From a virus (taxonomy: Duplodnaviria; Caudoviricetes), in the IMG/VR virus record IMGVR_UViG_3300030330_006571, positions 1 through 52,064 of that record: a stretch of DNA of 52,064 nt; one strand, written 5' to 3'. The number at the start of each line of letters is the position of its first letter. Within the stretch, counting starts at the first letter, position 1. The notes beneath the pieces were generated by a model, which saw nothing but the letters and a program-made list of their open reading frames with translations, was not told the DNA's origin and did not search any database. This document shows, piece by piece, positions 36,927 to 45,673 of the stretch. The position numbers and the translations under genes were made by a program.

Positions 36927-37922
36927 ATGCATATTGTCATTACCGGAGTAGCTGGGCTATTAGGAAGCCATGTATCAAGACACCTACTTAGTAAGGGTCA
37001 TAAGGTTATTGGTATAGATAATTTTTTTGGAGGTTATAAAGATTTTCTTCCAAAAGATGACAATTTTAAATTTTATAAATTAAATTTAGAAAAAGACATA
37101 CAAGAAATAAAGAATATATTTGCAAAATATACTCCTGACGTTGTATATCATTTCGCTGCATATGCAGCAGAAGGTTTATCTCCATTTATAAGAAACTTTA
37201 ATTATACAAATAATGTTTTAGCTTCTGTTAATATAATTAATGAGTGCATTAGATATAAAAGTAAATTAGTCTTTACCTCGTCTATGGCTGTTTACGGTAA
37301 ACAAGCTCCACCCTTTACAGAAAATCTCAGGCAAGTACCAATTGATCCCTACGGTGTGGCAAAATATGCTGTAGAAATGGATATTATAACAGCGCATACA
37401 CAGTTTGGTTTACGTTATAACATAATACGACCGCATAACGTTCTCGGAATATATCAAAATATTTGGGATAGATATAGAAATGTTATAGGTATTTTTATTC
37501 GCAAAACACTTAACGATGAGCCTATTTTAGTTTATGGTGATGGTGAGCAAACACGAGCGTTTTCAGATATCAAGTATTATACAGACCCGTTTGAACTTCT
37601 TTTAACAGATGAATTTGATGGCGAGCTTTTTAACATTGGTGCGGATAAATATTTCACCTTAAATGAAGTTGCAAAAACAGTACAACGTATCGGTAAAAAG
37701 CACGGATACATAACTTCTATTGAACACGGTGAACCTAGACATGAAGTAAAGCATGCTTATTGTGATCATACAAAAGCAAAAGATATGCTAAATTTTAAAG
37801 ATGAGACAGATCTCGAAGAACTTATAGAGAGCTTGTTTATTTGGGCAATCGATCAGCCTAAAAGACGAGTTAAAAATATAGAATACGAACTAACAGAAGG
37901 AATATATCAATATTGGCAATAA
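36927..37922 (+). CDS. NAD-dependent NDP-sugar epimerase/dehydratase
   Basis: GVAGLLG, HFAA, TSSMAVYG, YGVAK (YxxxK), GDGEQTRAF. Confidence 0.93.
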   Translation: MHIVITGVAGLLGSHVSRHLLSKGHKVIGIDNFFGGYKDFLPKDDNFKFYKLNLEKDIQEIKNIFAKYTPDVVYHFAAYAAEGLSPFIRNFNYTNNVLASVNIINECIRYKSKLVFTSSMAVYGKQAPPFTENLRQVPIDPYGVAKYAVEMDIITAHTQFGLRYNIIRPHNVLGIYQNIWDRYRNVIGIFIRKTLNDEPILVYGDGEQTRAFSDIKYYTDPFELLLTDEFDGELFNIGADKYFTLNEVAKTVQRIGKKHGYITSIEHGEPRHEVKHAYCDHTKAKDMLNFKDETDLEELIESLFIWAIDQPKRRVKNIEYELTEGIYQYWQ

Positions 37923-38971
37923 TGAGTACACAAAAAACAGCATTAGTTTTAGGAGCTGGTGGTTTTATTGGAAACCACTTAGTTAATCGACTGAAGGACG
38001 AAGGATACTGGGTAAGGGGCGTTGACTTAAAGTATCCGGAATTTAGTAAAACAAACGCGGATGAATTTATATATGGTAATGTAGGCGATTTACGAAGCGC
38101 GAATAACTGTAATAAAGTTATTCGATTTGACGGTAAAATGGGTAATTTTTATAAAGGAGTTCCGGAACAGTATAAGGAACCATTCGATGAAATTTATCAG
38201 TTAGCGGCAGATATGGGTGGTGCGGGGTTTATTTTTACGGGGGATAATGACGCAGATATTATGCATAACTCTGCTACTATTAATCTTAATATTTTGAATG
38301 CTGTAAAACAATATAATGAGTATAAAGGTCTTAATAAGACAAAAATATTCTACAGTAGCAGCGCTTGTATGTATCCGGAGCATAATCAGTTAGATCCAGA
38401 AAATCCTAACTGTGAAGAATCTTCTGCATACCCAGCTGATCCAGATTCAGAGTACGGATGGGAAAAACTTTTTAGTGAAAGATTATATTTAGCGTATAAT
38501 AGAAACTATGATATACCTGTTAGAGTTGCTCGTTTTCATAATATCTTTGGCCCACTAGGCACGTGGGAAGGTGGTAGAGAAAAGGCTCCTGCGGCTATCT
38601 GTAGAAAAGTAATTCAGTCTAACGGTGAAGTTGAAATCTGGGGATCCGGAGAACAAACAAGAAGCTTTTTATATATTGATGAATGTGTTGAGGGTATAAG
38701 ACGTATAATGGAATCAGAATTTAGTGAGCCAGTTAATATTGGTTCCGATGAGATGGTTACAATTAATCAGCTAGTAGATATTGCCAGTAGCGTTGAAGGT
38801 AAAAATATAACTAAAAAGCATATTGATGGACCTCTAGGAGTCGCTGGTAGAAACTCAGATAACAAACTCATTAAAGAAAAAATTGGATGGGCACCAAATT
38901 ATCCATTATCTAAAGGTATAGAAAAAACGTATAAATGGATAAAGTCGCAGCTTGAAGATAATCAAACATAG
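37922..38971 (+). CDS. GDP-mannose 3,5-epimerase-like NDP-sugar epimerase
   Basis: GAGGFIG, LAADMGGAGFI, YSSSACMYP, YGWEK, GGREKAPAA, GRNSDN; start reassigned to ATG 37922. Confidence 0.88.
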   Translation: MSTQKTALVLGAGGFIGNHLVNRLKDEGYWVRGVDLKYPEFSKTNADEFIYGNVGDLRSANNCNKVIRFDGKMGNFYKGVPEQYKEPFDEIYQLAADMGGAGFIFTGDNDADIMHNSATINLNILNAVKQYNEYKGLNKTKIFYSSSACMYPEHNQLDPENPNCEESSAYPADPDSEYGWEKLFSERLYLAYNRNYDIPVRVARFHNIFGPLGTWEGGREKAPAAICRKVIQSNGEVEIWGSGEQTRSFLYIDECVEGIRRIMESEFSEPVNIGSDEMVTINQLVDIASSVEGKNITKKHIDGPLGVAGRNSDNKLIKEKIGWAPNYPLSKGIEKTYKWIKSQLEDNQT

Positions 38972-38984
38972 TATATACTATAGT

Positions 38985-39566
38985 ATGGTTATTAAGCAGG
39001 GCGTTTACGACGGTAATTTAATTCATAGGCGATTCGCTTATGAGCATTTTCGAAAAGAAGTATCACCATATGGTAATATTGTTGCGTTTAGAGCGCCGAT
39101 GTACGTAAAGGATGCGCTTATCGATCTTGAAGATACTTTAAGTGATGACTTTATTCATAGTCAAGATGCTATTAATTTTTGTTGGGAAATTCCTAACTTA
39201 GATCCACTGGGCGCTGTATCATTTCAACGCTTGTTTAATACAGCGGTAGCAAATATACTAGCTGGTATTATTAGCAAGCCTATTATTGTCGAAGGAGATG
39301 ATCTTATGGTGCAGGATGAGTTTGTTGGTAGTGATGAAAAAGTGCGTAAGTCTGGTAAAGTGAGTGTATCGATTACTTACTCTAAAGATGGTGTTGCTTT
39401 AGGCCATACCGGTATTAATATTGTAGCAGGTGATAAGGCACCAGGATTTGCTTATTCTTCTAACTTAGATAAGAAAGCAGCAAATTATTTTATTAATGCT
39501 GTTGTTGAATATTTTAATGCTGAAGTTGCTGATCAATTTGTTGCAACTACAAAAGTTATTGTATGA
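38985..39566 (+). CDS. DUF366-like protein (biotin/lipoate ligase-like fold)
   Basis: YDG..I...FAY, IVAFR, LIDLED, FQRL, VEGDDL, GKVSVSI, HTGINI; TTGAAG-N16-TATACT-N5-ATG upstream. Confidence 0.68.
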   Translation: MVIKQGVYDGNLIHRRFAYEHFRKEVSPYGNIVAFRAPMYVKDALIDLEDTLSDDFIHSQDAINFCWEIPNLDPLGAVSFQRLFNTAVANILAGIISKPIIVEGDDLMVQDEFVGSDEKVRKSGKVSVSITYSKDGVALGHTGINIVAGDKAPGFAYSSNLDKKAANYFINAVVEYFNAEVADQFVATTKVIV

Positions 39567-39922
39567 ATTTTTTCCAACTACAAAATAAATTATTTTACTC
39601 AAAAAAAGACAACGCAGGTGACCTAGATACAGAAGGAGAGCAAGCGTTTGTACCGTTCCTTTTTAACAGGTGGTTATCTTTTTACAATCCGAGTATGTGT
39701 GTGTTTGCTAATGAAACACTTAATAAGTTTGGGAATATTTTTGATGATAAGCAAGAAACATATAAACTATATTATCACTTAATACCACGTTTAAAGTGGA
39801 AGAAAATTTCGTATATAAAGAAAAAGAAAAAAGACGAAGAAGATATTGATTTAAAAGCGATAGCAAAAAATCGTAATATGTCTATACGTGAAATTAAAAT
39901 GTATATTAAAAATTATGAGTAA
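39563..39922 (+). CDS. gp62: Clamp-loader small subunit (gp62-like)
   Basis: FVPFLFNRWLS, FANETLN, Y...IPR..KKISYIKK and C-terminal helix MSIREIKMY; 119 aa. Confidence 0.6.
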   Translation: MNFFQLQNKLFYSKKDNAGDLDTEGEQAFVPFLFNRWLSFYNPSMCVFANETLNKFGNIFDDKQETYKLYYHLIPRLKWKKISYIKKKKKDEEDIDLKAIAKNRNMSIREIKMYIKNYE

Positions 39923-40814
39923 GGTAATTGTAACAGGCGGTGCAGGATTTATTGGTTCAAATCTTGTTGATCAATTAGTAGATTTGTATGATAAAGTTAT
40001 CATCATTGATAATGAATCTGCAGATTCGAATGAACAATTTTATTATAATGAACGCGCTGAAAAGCATCTATTAAATGTTTCAGACTATAAACATACAAGA
40101 CATTTGTATGATGGTGTAGAATGCGTTTTTCATTTAGCTGCAGAATCACGAATACAACCAACATTAGAAAACCCTATACTAGCTACTTTAACAAACGTTG
40201 CTGGTACATGTACCGTTTTACAGTGCGCAAAAGAAGCTGGTGTAAAGCGTGTGGTGTATAGTTCTACTTCTTCAGCATATGGCCTAAAAAATAAAATACC
40301 ATTAGCTGAAACAATGCCCGAAGATTGCTTAAATCCATATTCTGTAACAAAAGTAGCGGGTGAAAAGCTTTGTAAAATGTATACAGATTTATTTGGTCTC
40401 GAGACTGTTGTTTTTAGATATTTTAATGTTTACGGTGATAGACAGCCGATGCAAGGTCAATATGCTCCGGTTATCGGTATTTTTAACAGACAAAAACATA
40501 ATGGTGAAAAAATGACTATTGTCGGCGACGGGTTGCAAACTCGTGACTTCGTCAATGTAACAGATGTTGTTAATGCAAATATACTTGCAGCTAATATTGA
40601 TAATAAAGAGCCTGTTGGAAAGGTAATAAATATTGGAACTGGCACAAATAATAGTGTTTTAGAAATTGCAAAAATGATTGGTGGGGAGTATGTATTTTTA
40701 CCTGCAAGAGACGGTGAAGCACGTGAAACGTTAGCTAATATTACATCAGCAAAAAAATTACTCGGGTGGGAGCCTACTATTGCTGTTGAAGATTGGATTA
40801 AAACTAATTGTTAA
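39915..40814 (+). CDS. NAD-dependent NDP-sugar 4-epimerase
   Basis: TGGAGFIGS, FHLAA, YSSTSSAYG, YSVTK, RYFNVYG, GDGLQTRDF; start reassigned to ATG 39915. Confidence 0.93.
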   Translation: MSKVIVTGGAGFIGSNLVDQLVDLYDKVIIIDNESADSNEQFYYNERAEKHLLNVSDYKHTRHLYDGVECVFHLAAESRIQPTLENPILATLTNVAGTCTVLQCAKEAGVKRVVYSSTSSAYGLKNKIPLAETMPEDCLNPYSVTKVAGEKLCKMYTDLFGLETVVFRYFNVYGDRQPMQGQYAPVIGIFNRQKHNGEKMTIVGDGLQTRDFVNVTDVVNANILAANIDNKEPVGKVINIGTGTNNSVLEIAKMIGGEYVFLPARDGEARETLANITSAKKLLGWEPTIAVEDWIKTNC

Positions 40815-40816
40815 AA

Positions 40817-41635
40817 ATGGATCTTAAAGTTGGAATCGTAGGTCACGGCTTTGTTGGTAAAGCTGTTGATTATGGGTTTAGTAATAGGGTCAAAAAAAAG
40901 TTAATAGATCCAAATTATAATACTACATGTGAAGATTTATTGTCGTTTAATCCTGATGTTGTGTTTATATGCGCACCAACGCCTATGAGTAACGATGGTA
41001 GTATTGACGCATCAATAGTAGAGCAGTGTTGTACAGAAGTTAATGATTTTACTAATGCATTAATTGTTCTCAAATCAACAGTTACACCTGATATTACAGA
41101 TAGGTTATCAAGTAAGTTTAAAGATTTTGTTTATAATCCGGAATTTTTAACTGAAAAAAATGCTAATGAAGATTTTGTAAATCAGTTTATGCTTGTCTTA
41201 GGCGGTGCTAGTCATAACACGCAAGAGCTTGAAGAAATATACAACGAATTTAGTATATGTCGACCTTGTCCTGTTTTTCATATGTCAGCTGCTGAAGCAT
41301 CATTTGTTAAATACGGTATTAATACTTTTTTGGCTACCAAAGTTACATTCTTTAATCAAATGTACGATATAGCAAAAAAACATGGAGCTAATTATAATAC
41401 AATTATTAGTGCGTTAGGATCTGATCCTCGTATCACACACTCTCATACCACAGTACCAGGATTTGATAATAAACGTGGATATGGCGGTGCATGCTTTCCG
41501 AAAGACACAGCAGCATTTAATGATTTTGCAAAAACATTTTCTTTACTTAATGAAGCTATTATTTGTAATAATAAGCTTAGAAAAAACTACAAGTTAGATA
41601 AGCGAGAAAAAGAGCAAAATGTTCAGTATAGCTAA
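40817..41635 (+). CDS. UDP-glucose/GDP-mannose dehydrogenase (short form without C-terminal domain)
   Basis: GHGFVG, APTP, KSTV, YNPEFL, KY..N.FLA.KV.F.N, GYGGACFPKD. Confidence 0.9.
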   Translation: MDLKVGIVGHGFVGKAVDYGFSNRVKKKLIDPNYNTTCEDLLSFNPDVVFICAPTPMSNDGSIDASIVEQCCTEVNDFTNALIVLKSTVTPDITDRLSSKFKDFVYNPEFLTEKNANEDFVNQFMLVLGGASHNTQELEEIYNEFSICRPCPVFHMSAAEASFVKYGINTFLATKVTFFNQMYDIAKKHGANYNTIISALGSDPRITHSHTTVPGFDNKRGYGGACFPKDTAAFNDFAKTFSLLNEAIICNNKLRKNYKLDKREKEQNVQYS

Positions 41636-41675
41636 TGTATCATTGATTTAAAATATAATGTTAGTAAATAGCTGT

Positions 41676-42092
41676 ATGGCAATGGCAAGTATTGATAATT
41701 TGGCACCTACAAAAAGCTTAATTGATTTATCTAAACCAGAAAAAGGTGATTTTGGTATAGATGATTATGAGTTGAGTTTTATTTTTGATGATATTCTATT
41801 AATTGAATATGTAGATGAAACACAAGAAGGTGAAGTAGAACGTAATGGAATTCTAATTCCAACAAACGCCCTTAATAAGGCCTGGAGAAAGGGCAAAGTA
41901 ATTTTAGCAGGACCTGATGCTAAATACGCAAAAGAAGGCGATGTTGTTGTTTTTCCAAACAACATGGGAGTTACTATAAACGGTGTATCTATTACCGGTA
42001 GAGGTAAAGTTAAAACCGGGGTATTCTTGAACGAAGAAAGAATGTTTGGAATTTGTAAAAAGAAAGATGATAGTCCAAAAAGCGACTCTTGA
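41676..42092 (+). CDS. GroES-like co-chaperonin
   Basis: DDILLIE, ERNGILIP, GKVILAGP, KEGDVVVF, LNEERMFG. Confidence 0.8.
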   Translation: MAMASIDNLAPTKSLIDLSKPEKGDFGIDDYELSFIFDDILLIEYVDETQEGEVERNGILIPTNALNKAWRKGKVILAGPDAKYAKEGDVVVFPNNMGVTINGVSITGRGKVKTGVFLNEERMFGICKKKDDSPKSDS

Positions 42093-42444
42093 TCCACTCT
42101 TACAAACTAACGTATGTGAGGTAAGATTTCCTCGTAGGATACAAAAACCAGGTCTAGCCCCTACGAGACGAATGCTCTGTACAAATGCTGTAGGGTTATT
42201 AAACTCTGTAAATGGTAGAATATCTCTTAATTACTTTGCCCCAAAGGGACCACCTAAAGCTTACTTAGGACCAGATGATTTAACCGTTGCTTGGGATATT
42301 TTAATGCAGGATTATAGAAATATAAATATGTACCAGTGTGATTTAATACAGGAGATACCTGCTAACGAAGATTTTTGGATATACTTTAATGAAAATATAT
42401 ATCCAATGTCATCAAAACAAAAATTTGATTTTATGAATTCATGA
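42067..42444 (+). CDS. Hypothetical protein (WYL_2/Sm-like)
   Basis: CEVRF.RR...RRMLCT...AWDIL.QDYRNI pattern. Confidence 0.55.
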   Translation: MIVQKATLDPLLQTNVCEVRFPRRIQKPGLAPTRRMLCTNAVGLLNSVNGRISLNYFAPKGPPKAYLGPDDLTVAWDILMQDYRNINMYQCDLIQEIPANEDFWIYFNENIYPMSSKQKFDFMNS

Positions 42445-42797
42445 ATGCTTGTCTAGAAAATGTTGTAGAATATTTAAAGCCCTTTTTATTAAGAGATATT
42501 ATCATAAGAACCGATAAGAAAATTCTTAAGAGAGGCCGATTAAAAATATTTCAAATTAAACAATATCATATAAATTTATCTTTAGAGTATAAAGGGTCAA
42601 TTAAGAATTACGAAATACCATACCCATTTAAAATACACACTGAACAAAACGGAACAGAAGCAGTACTAAATTATCACTTAAGTTCCTTTGTACCGAGTGG
42701 TCAAATTAATAAAGTTAAGTGTTTAGATACTTCATCAAAATCTAAGCTATATAACAATCTGGTCTATATATGGCCTTCTGAAGAGCCTATGGTATAA
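42441..42797 (+). CDS. Hypothetical protein
   Basis: 118-aa ORF, ATGA overlap with upstream stop. Confidence 0.7.
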   Translation: MNACLENVVEYLKPFLLRDIIIRTDKKILKRGRLKIFQIKQYHINLSLEYKGSIKNYEIPYPFKIHTEQNGTEAVLNYHLSSFVPSGQINKVKCLDTSSKSKLYNNLVYIWPSEEPMV

Positions 42798-42803
42798 TTA
42801 GGT

Positions 42804-44441
42804 GTGGTAGGCGCATTGTTAGAAAACTTCCCGAAAGGATATACTCCAAATTCTTCTCAGGTAAAGTTATTAAAAAATATAGATCAAGCTTTTGAAGATG
42901 GATATAAATTTGTAGTGTGTAACGCGCCTACAGGCTCTGGTAAGAGCTTTATATCTAAAACTTTAGCTAATGCTTCAGATGAACCTTCACAAGATTTTAA
43001 AGATCTTGTAACATCGTATACTGCATTTAAAATTGATCAAACCGGGTATTACACTCATGAAGATGAGTGCGAGGAGCAAGACTATGCTGGTGCATTCGCA
43101 TTAACTATTACAAAAGCGCTACAAGATCAATATGAAAATTTATTTGAAGGTACTACAATATTAAAAGGTAAAAGTAATTATATGAGTACAATTGACACAA
43201 ATATTGATGTCGAGATGGAGTCATTAATTATGCCTAAAAACATACTAGAAGATCACAGAAGAAGGCATAAGTGCCCATATCATAATGATCGTAGAGATGC
43301 ATTAACAAGTAAATTTGCAGCGTTAAATTATAATATGTTTTTTTCTTTACCGAATCATGTTAAAAAGAGACAATATTTAATTTGCGACGAAGCTGCAGAA
43401 TTAGAGGATCAACTAGTAAAAGAATTTTCTTGTACAATAAATTTCGAAATGTTAGATAGAATGGATGTAGAAGTAAGGCCATTTTATTCAAAAAATAACA
43501 CAAATGTAATAAAGTGGATTAATAATTTACTACTAGATTTAAGCGATAGAATTGAAGATCTTCGCGATGTTATTAATACAAATAATAGTAATAACGAAAA
43601 ATTTTTAGTCGAGATTAGAAAGCAAATTGTTAGTCTACGTAATTTACATTCTAAGCTTTCGTTAATTATTGAAACGTGGAATGAAAGTGAATATCTATTT
43701 GAAACTAGTCGCGATGGTATTACCTTTATGCCGTTAAAAGTTAATAATCTTTCTAATCATTTATTTAAATACGCTGATAAAGTTGTATTAATGTCTGCTA
43801 CTATTATTGATCCAGAAAATTTTTGCAAAAGTTTAGGTATTAAAAAATTTAAATATGTGGAAGCAGAGTCTACTTTTGACCCGAGTAATTCACCTATCAT
43901 GTGTAATACAAAACTTAAATTAAACTACCATAATTTAAAACGTAATTTACCAAAAGTTGTTGAACAAATAAAACAGATTTGTATGCATCATAAAGATGAG
44001 AAAGGTATAATACATACGCATAACAATACAATTACATCGTTTTTATCTAATAGATTAAATGATTCCAGATTTTTAATTAGAGAGCCTGGGGTACGTAATG
44101 AAGAAATATTAGAACGACACTCAACAACAAAAGCACCAACCGTACTAATATCACCGTCAATGTCACATGGTGTAGATTTAAAAGATGATTTAGCTAGATT
44201 TCAAATTATTGTCAAAGCGCCATATCTACCTACAAAAGATAAAAGAATAGAAAGGCTCATGAGTGACGACTTTAATTGGTATACAAATAAAATGTTATGT
44301 TCTTTAATACAGTCTTGCGGTAGAGGGGTTAGATCAAAAAAGGATCATTGTAAAACATATATATTAGATGGAGCTATTGCCGAAAGTGTAGTAAACAACA
44401 CACATAAATTACCAAAATATTTCATCAACAGGTTTATGTAA
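42804..44441 (+). CDS. DinG/YoaA-family SF2 helicase
   Basis: Q-motif, APTGSGKS, LQDQY, KGKSNY, CDEA, LMSAT, GVDL, KAPY, QSCGRGVR, YILD. Confidence 0.9.
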   Translation: MVGALLENFPKGYTPNSSQVKLLKNIDQAFEDGYKFVVCNAPTGSGKSFISKTLANASDEPSQDFKDLVTSYTAFKIDQTGYYTHEDECEEQDYAGAFALTITKALQDQYENLFEGTTILKGKSNYMSTIDTNIDVEMESLIMPKNILEDHRRRHKCPYHNDRRDALTSKFAALNYNMFFSLPNHVKKRQYLICDEAAELEDQLVKEFSCTINFEMLDRMDVEVRPFYSKNNTNVIKWINNLLLDLSDRIEDLRDVINTNNSNNEKFLVEIRKQIVSLRNLHSKLSLIIETWNESEYLFETSRDGITFMPLKVNNLSNHLFKYADKVVLMSATIIDPENFCKSLGIKKFKYVEAESTFDPSNSPIMCNTKLKLNYHNLKRNLPKVVEQIKQICMHHKDEKGIIHTHNNTITSFLSNRLNDSRFLIREPGVRNEEILERHSTTKAPTVLISPSMSHGVDLKDDLARFQIIVKAPYLPTKDKRIERLMSDDFNWYTNKMLCSLIQSCGRGVRSKKDHCKTYILDGAIAESVVNNTHKLPKYFINRFM

Positions 44442-44456
44442 TAAATATATATACGA

Positions 44457-45662
44457 ATGAAAAAAAGAGCATTTCATTTTGAAATTAAAAACCTTTTAAC
44501 GCAGTTTATTGCAGCGTTTGATGATGTAGTTATAAGTCGATGGAATAAAGATAGAACTGCAAAATCAAATATAGAGGTTAGATATGTGTTTGCCCCAAAG
44601 CACAGGGTAATGTATGATATTATTAACAAGGCGCAGAATATTACTCTACCTGCTGTAGCTGTTAATTTAACCAGTATTACAAGAGATAATGATAGAGTAT
44701 TTAATAAACTAGCTCCTTCGTATATTGCTTCTTCGTTTGATGATGAACCGAAAAGCGTTTCTAAATTTTTAATGCCTGTGCCGGTTAATTTAGAAGTAAA
44801 TATGTCAATCTTGGCTAGGTACATGGAAGATGTCGATCAAATTGTATCAAACTTTGCGCCTTATAATAATCCCTATATAATTTTATCCTGGCCCGTTCCA
44901 AAAGATTTCGGCACTGAATACGATCAAGAAATTAGAAGCGAAGTTTTATGGTCAGGGCAGCTCGATTATAATACTCCAACAGATACAACCTATAGTGATA
45001 AATTTAGAATTACTGTAGACACTACGTTTACAATTAAAGGTTGGCTCTTCCCGGAACAAAAAGATACACAGGGTACAATTTATAAAGTAGATAGTAATTT
45101 TGTAGCAGTTGATCTACGTAATCGATTATATAATCCTCTAGATAGAACAGAGGTTGTAGATAATCTAAGCTACGAACAACAAGGATATGGTGCTTTATCC
45201 GGGTATAATGATACCGTACCCACAAATTATTCTGAAATGGTTACTGTATCAGGGCGACCAGAATTTACAAATATATTTTATACTGCAACGGGTGAAGCTG
45301 TTGAGATGAGAAATGAAGTACCTATTCTATCAAGTGTTAATAACGGGTTTTTACTTTACGGGAAAAGATTTGATTATAATAATAGTTTTTACTTAAGTGC
45401 TGAAAACACTAATAATGTAGATGGTATTGATGGGTTCTTTTCTAATTATGAAGCTATTACGTCGGGCGATACAACTGTACCCACAATAAGCGGATTTAAG
45501 CTTACAAATACGTATTTTACTATAGCAAATGATAATATTGTAAGTTTTTATTTTCCAGCTAACACTTTAAGCGGTCATGGAAACTTTACTTTAGTAACAG
45601 GAAATGAAGCTGGGTGGGCAACCTCATACCAAGCCACTAGCTCTATCATACACTTAGCATAA
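44457..45662 (+). CDS. gp15: Tail sheath stabiliser/terminator (gp15-like) with C-terminal extension
   Basis: F..EI.....F...FDDV.I.R, YVFAPK, TLPAV, MPVPVNL, DQIV....P, FTIKGWLF; AATAAATA upstream. Confidence 0.8.
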   Translation: MKKRAFHFEIKNLLTQFIAAFDDVVISRWNKDRTAKSNIEVRYVFAPKHRVMYDIINKAQNITLPAVAVNLTSITRDNDRVFNKLAPSYIASSFDDEPKSVSKFLMPVPVNLEVNMSILARYMEDVDQIVSNFAPYNNPYIILSWPVPKDFGTEYDQEIRSEVLWSGQLDYNTPTDTTYSDKFRITVDTTFTIKGWLFPEQKDTQGTIYKVDSNFVAVDLRNRLYNPLDRTEVVDNLSYEQQGYGALSGYNDTVPTNYSEMVTVSGRPEFTNIFYTATGEAVEMRNEVPILSSVNNGFLLYGKRFDYNNSFYLSAENTNNVDGIDGFFSNYEAITSGDTTVPTISGFKLTNTYFTIANDNIVSFYFPANTLSGHGNFTLVTGNEAGWATSYQATSSIIHLA

Positions 45663-45673
45663 ATATATACAAG

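Noticed and set aside
25917-41635. Glycan island as bacterial contamination or chimeric assembly
   Set aside because: Genes overlap seamlessly with phage genes at the left end, a gp62-like gene and phage-type promoters lie inside it, and bacterial export genes are missing; read-level confirmation is still advisable.
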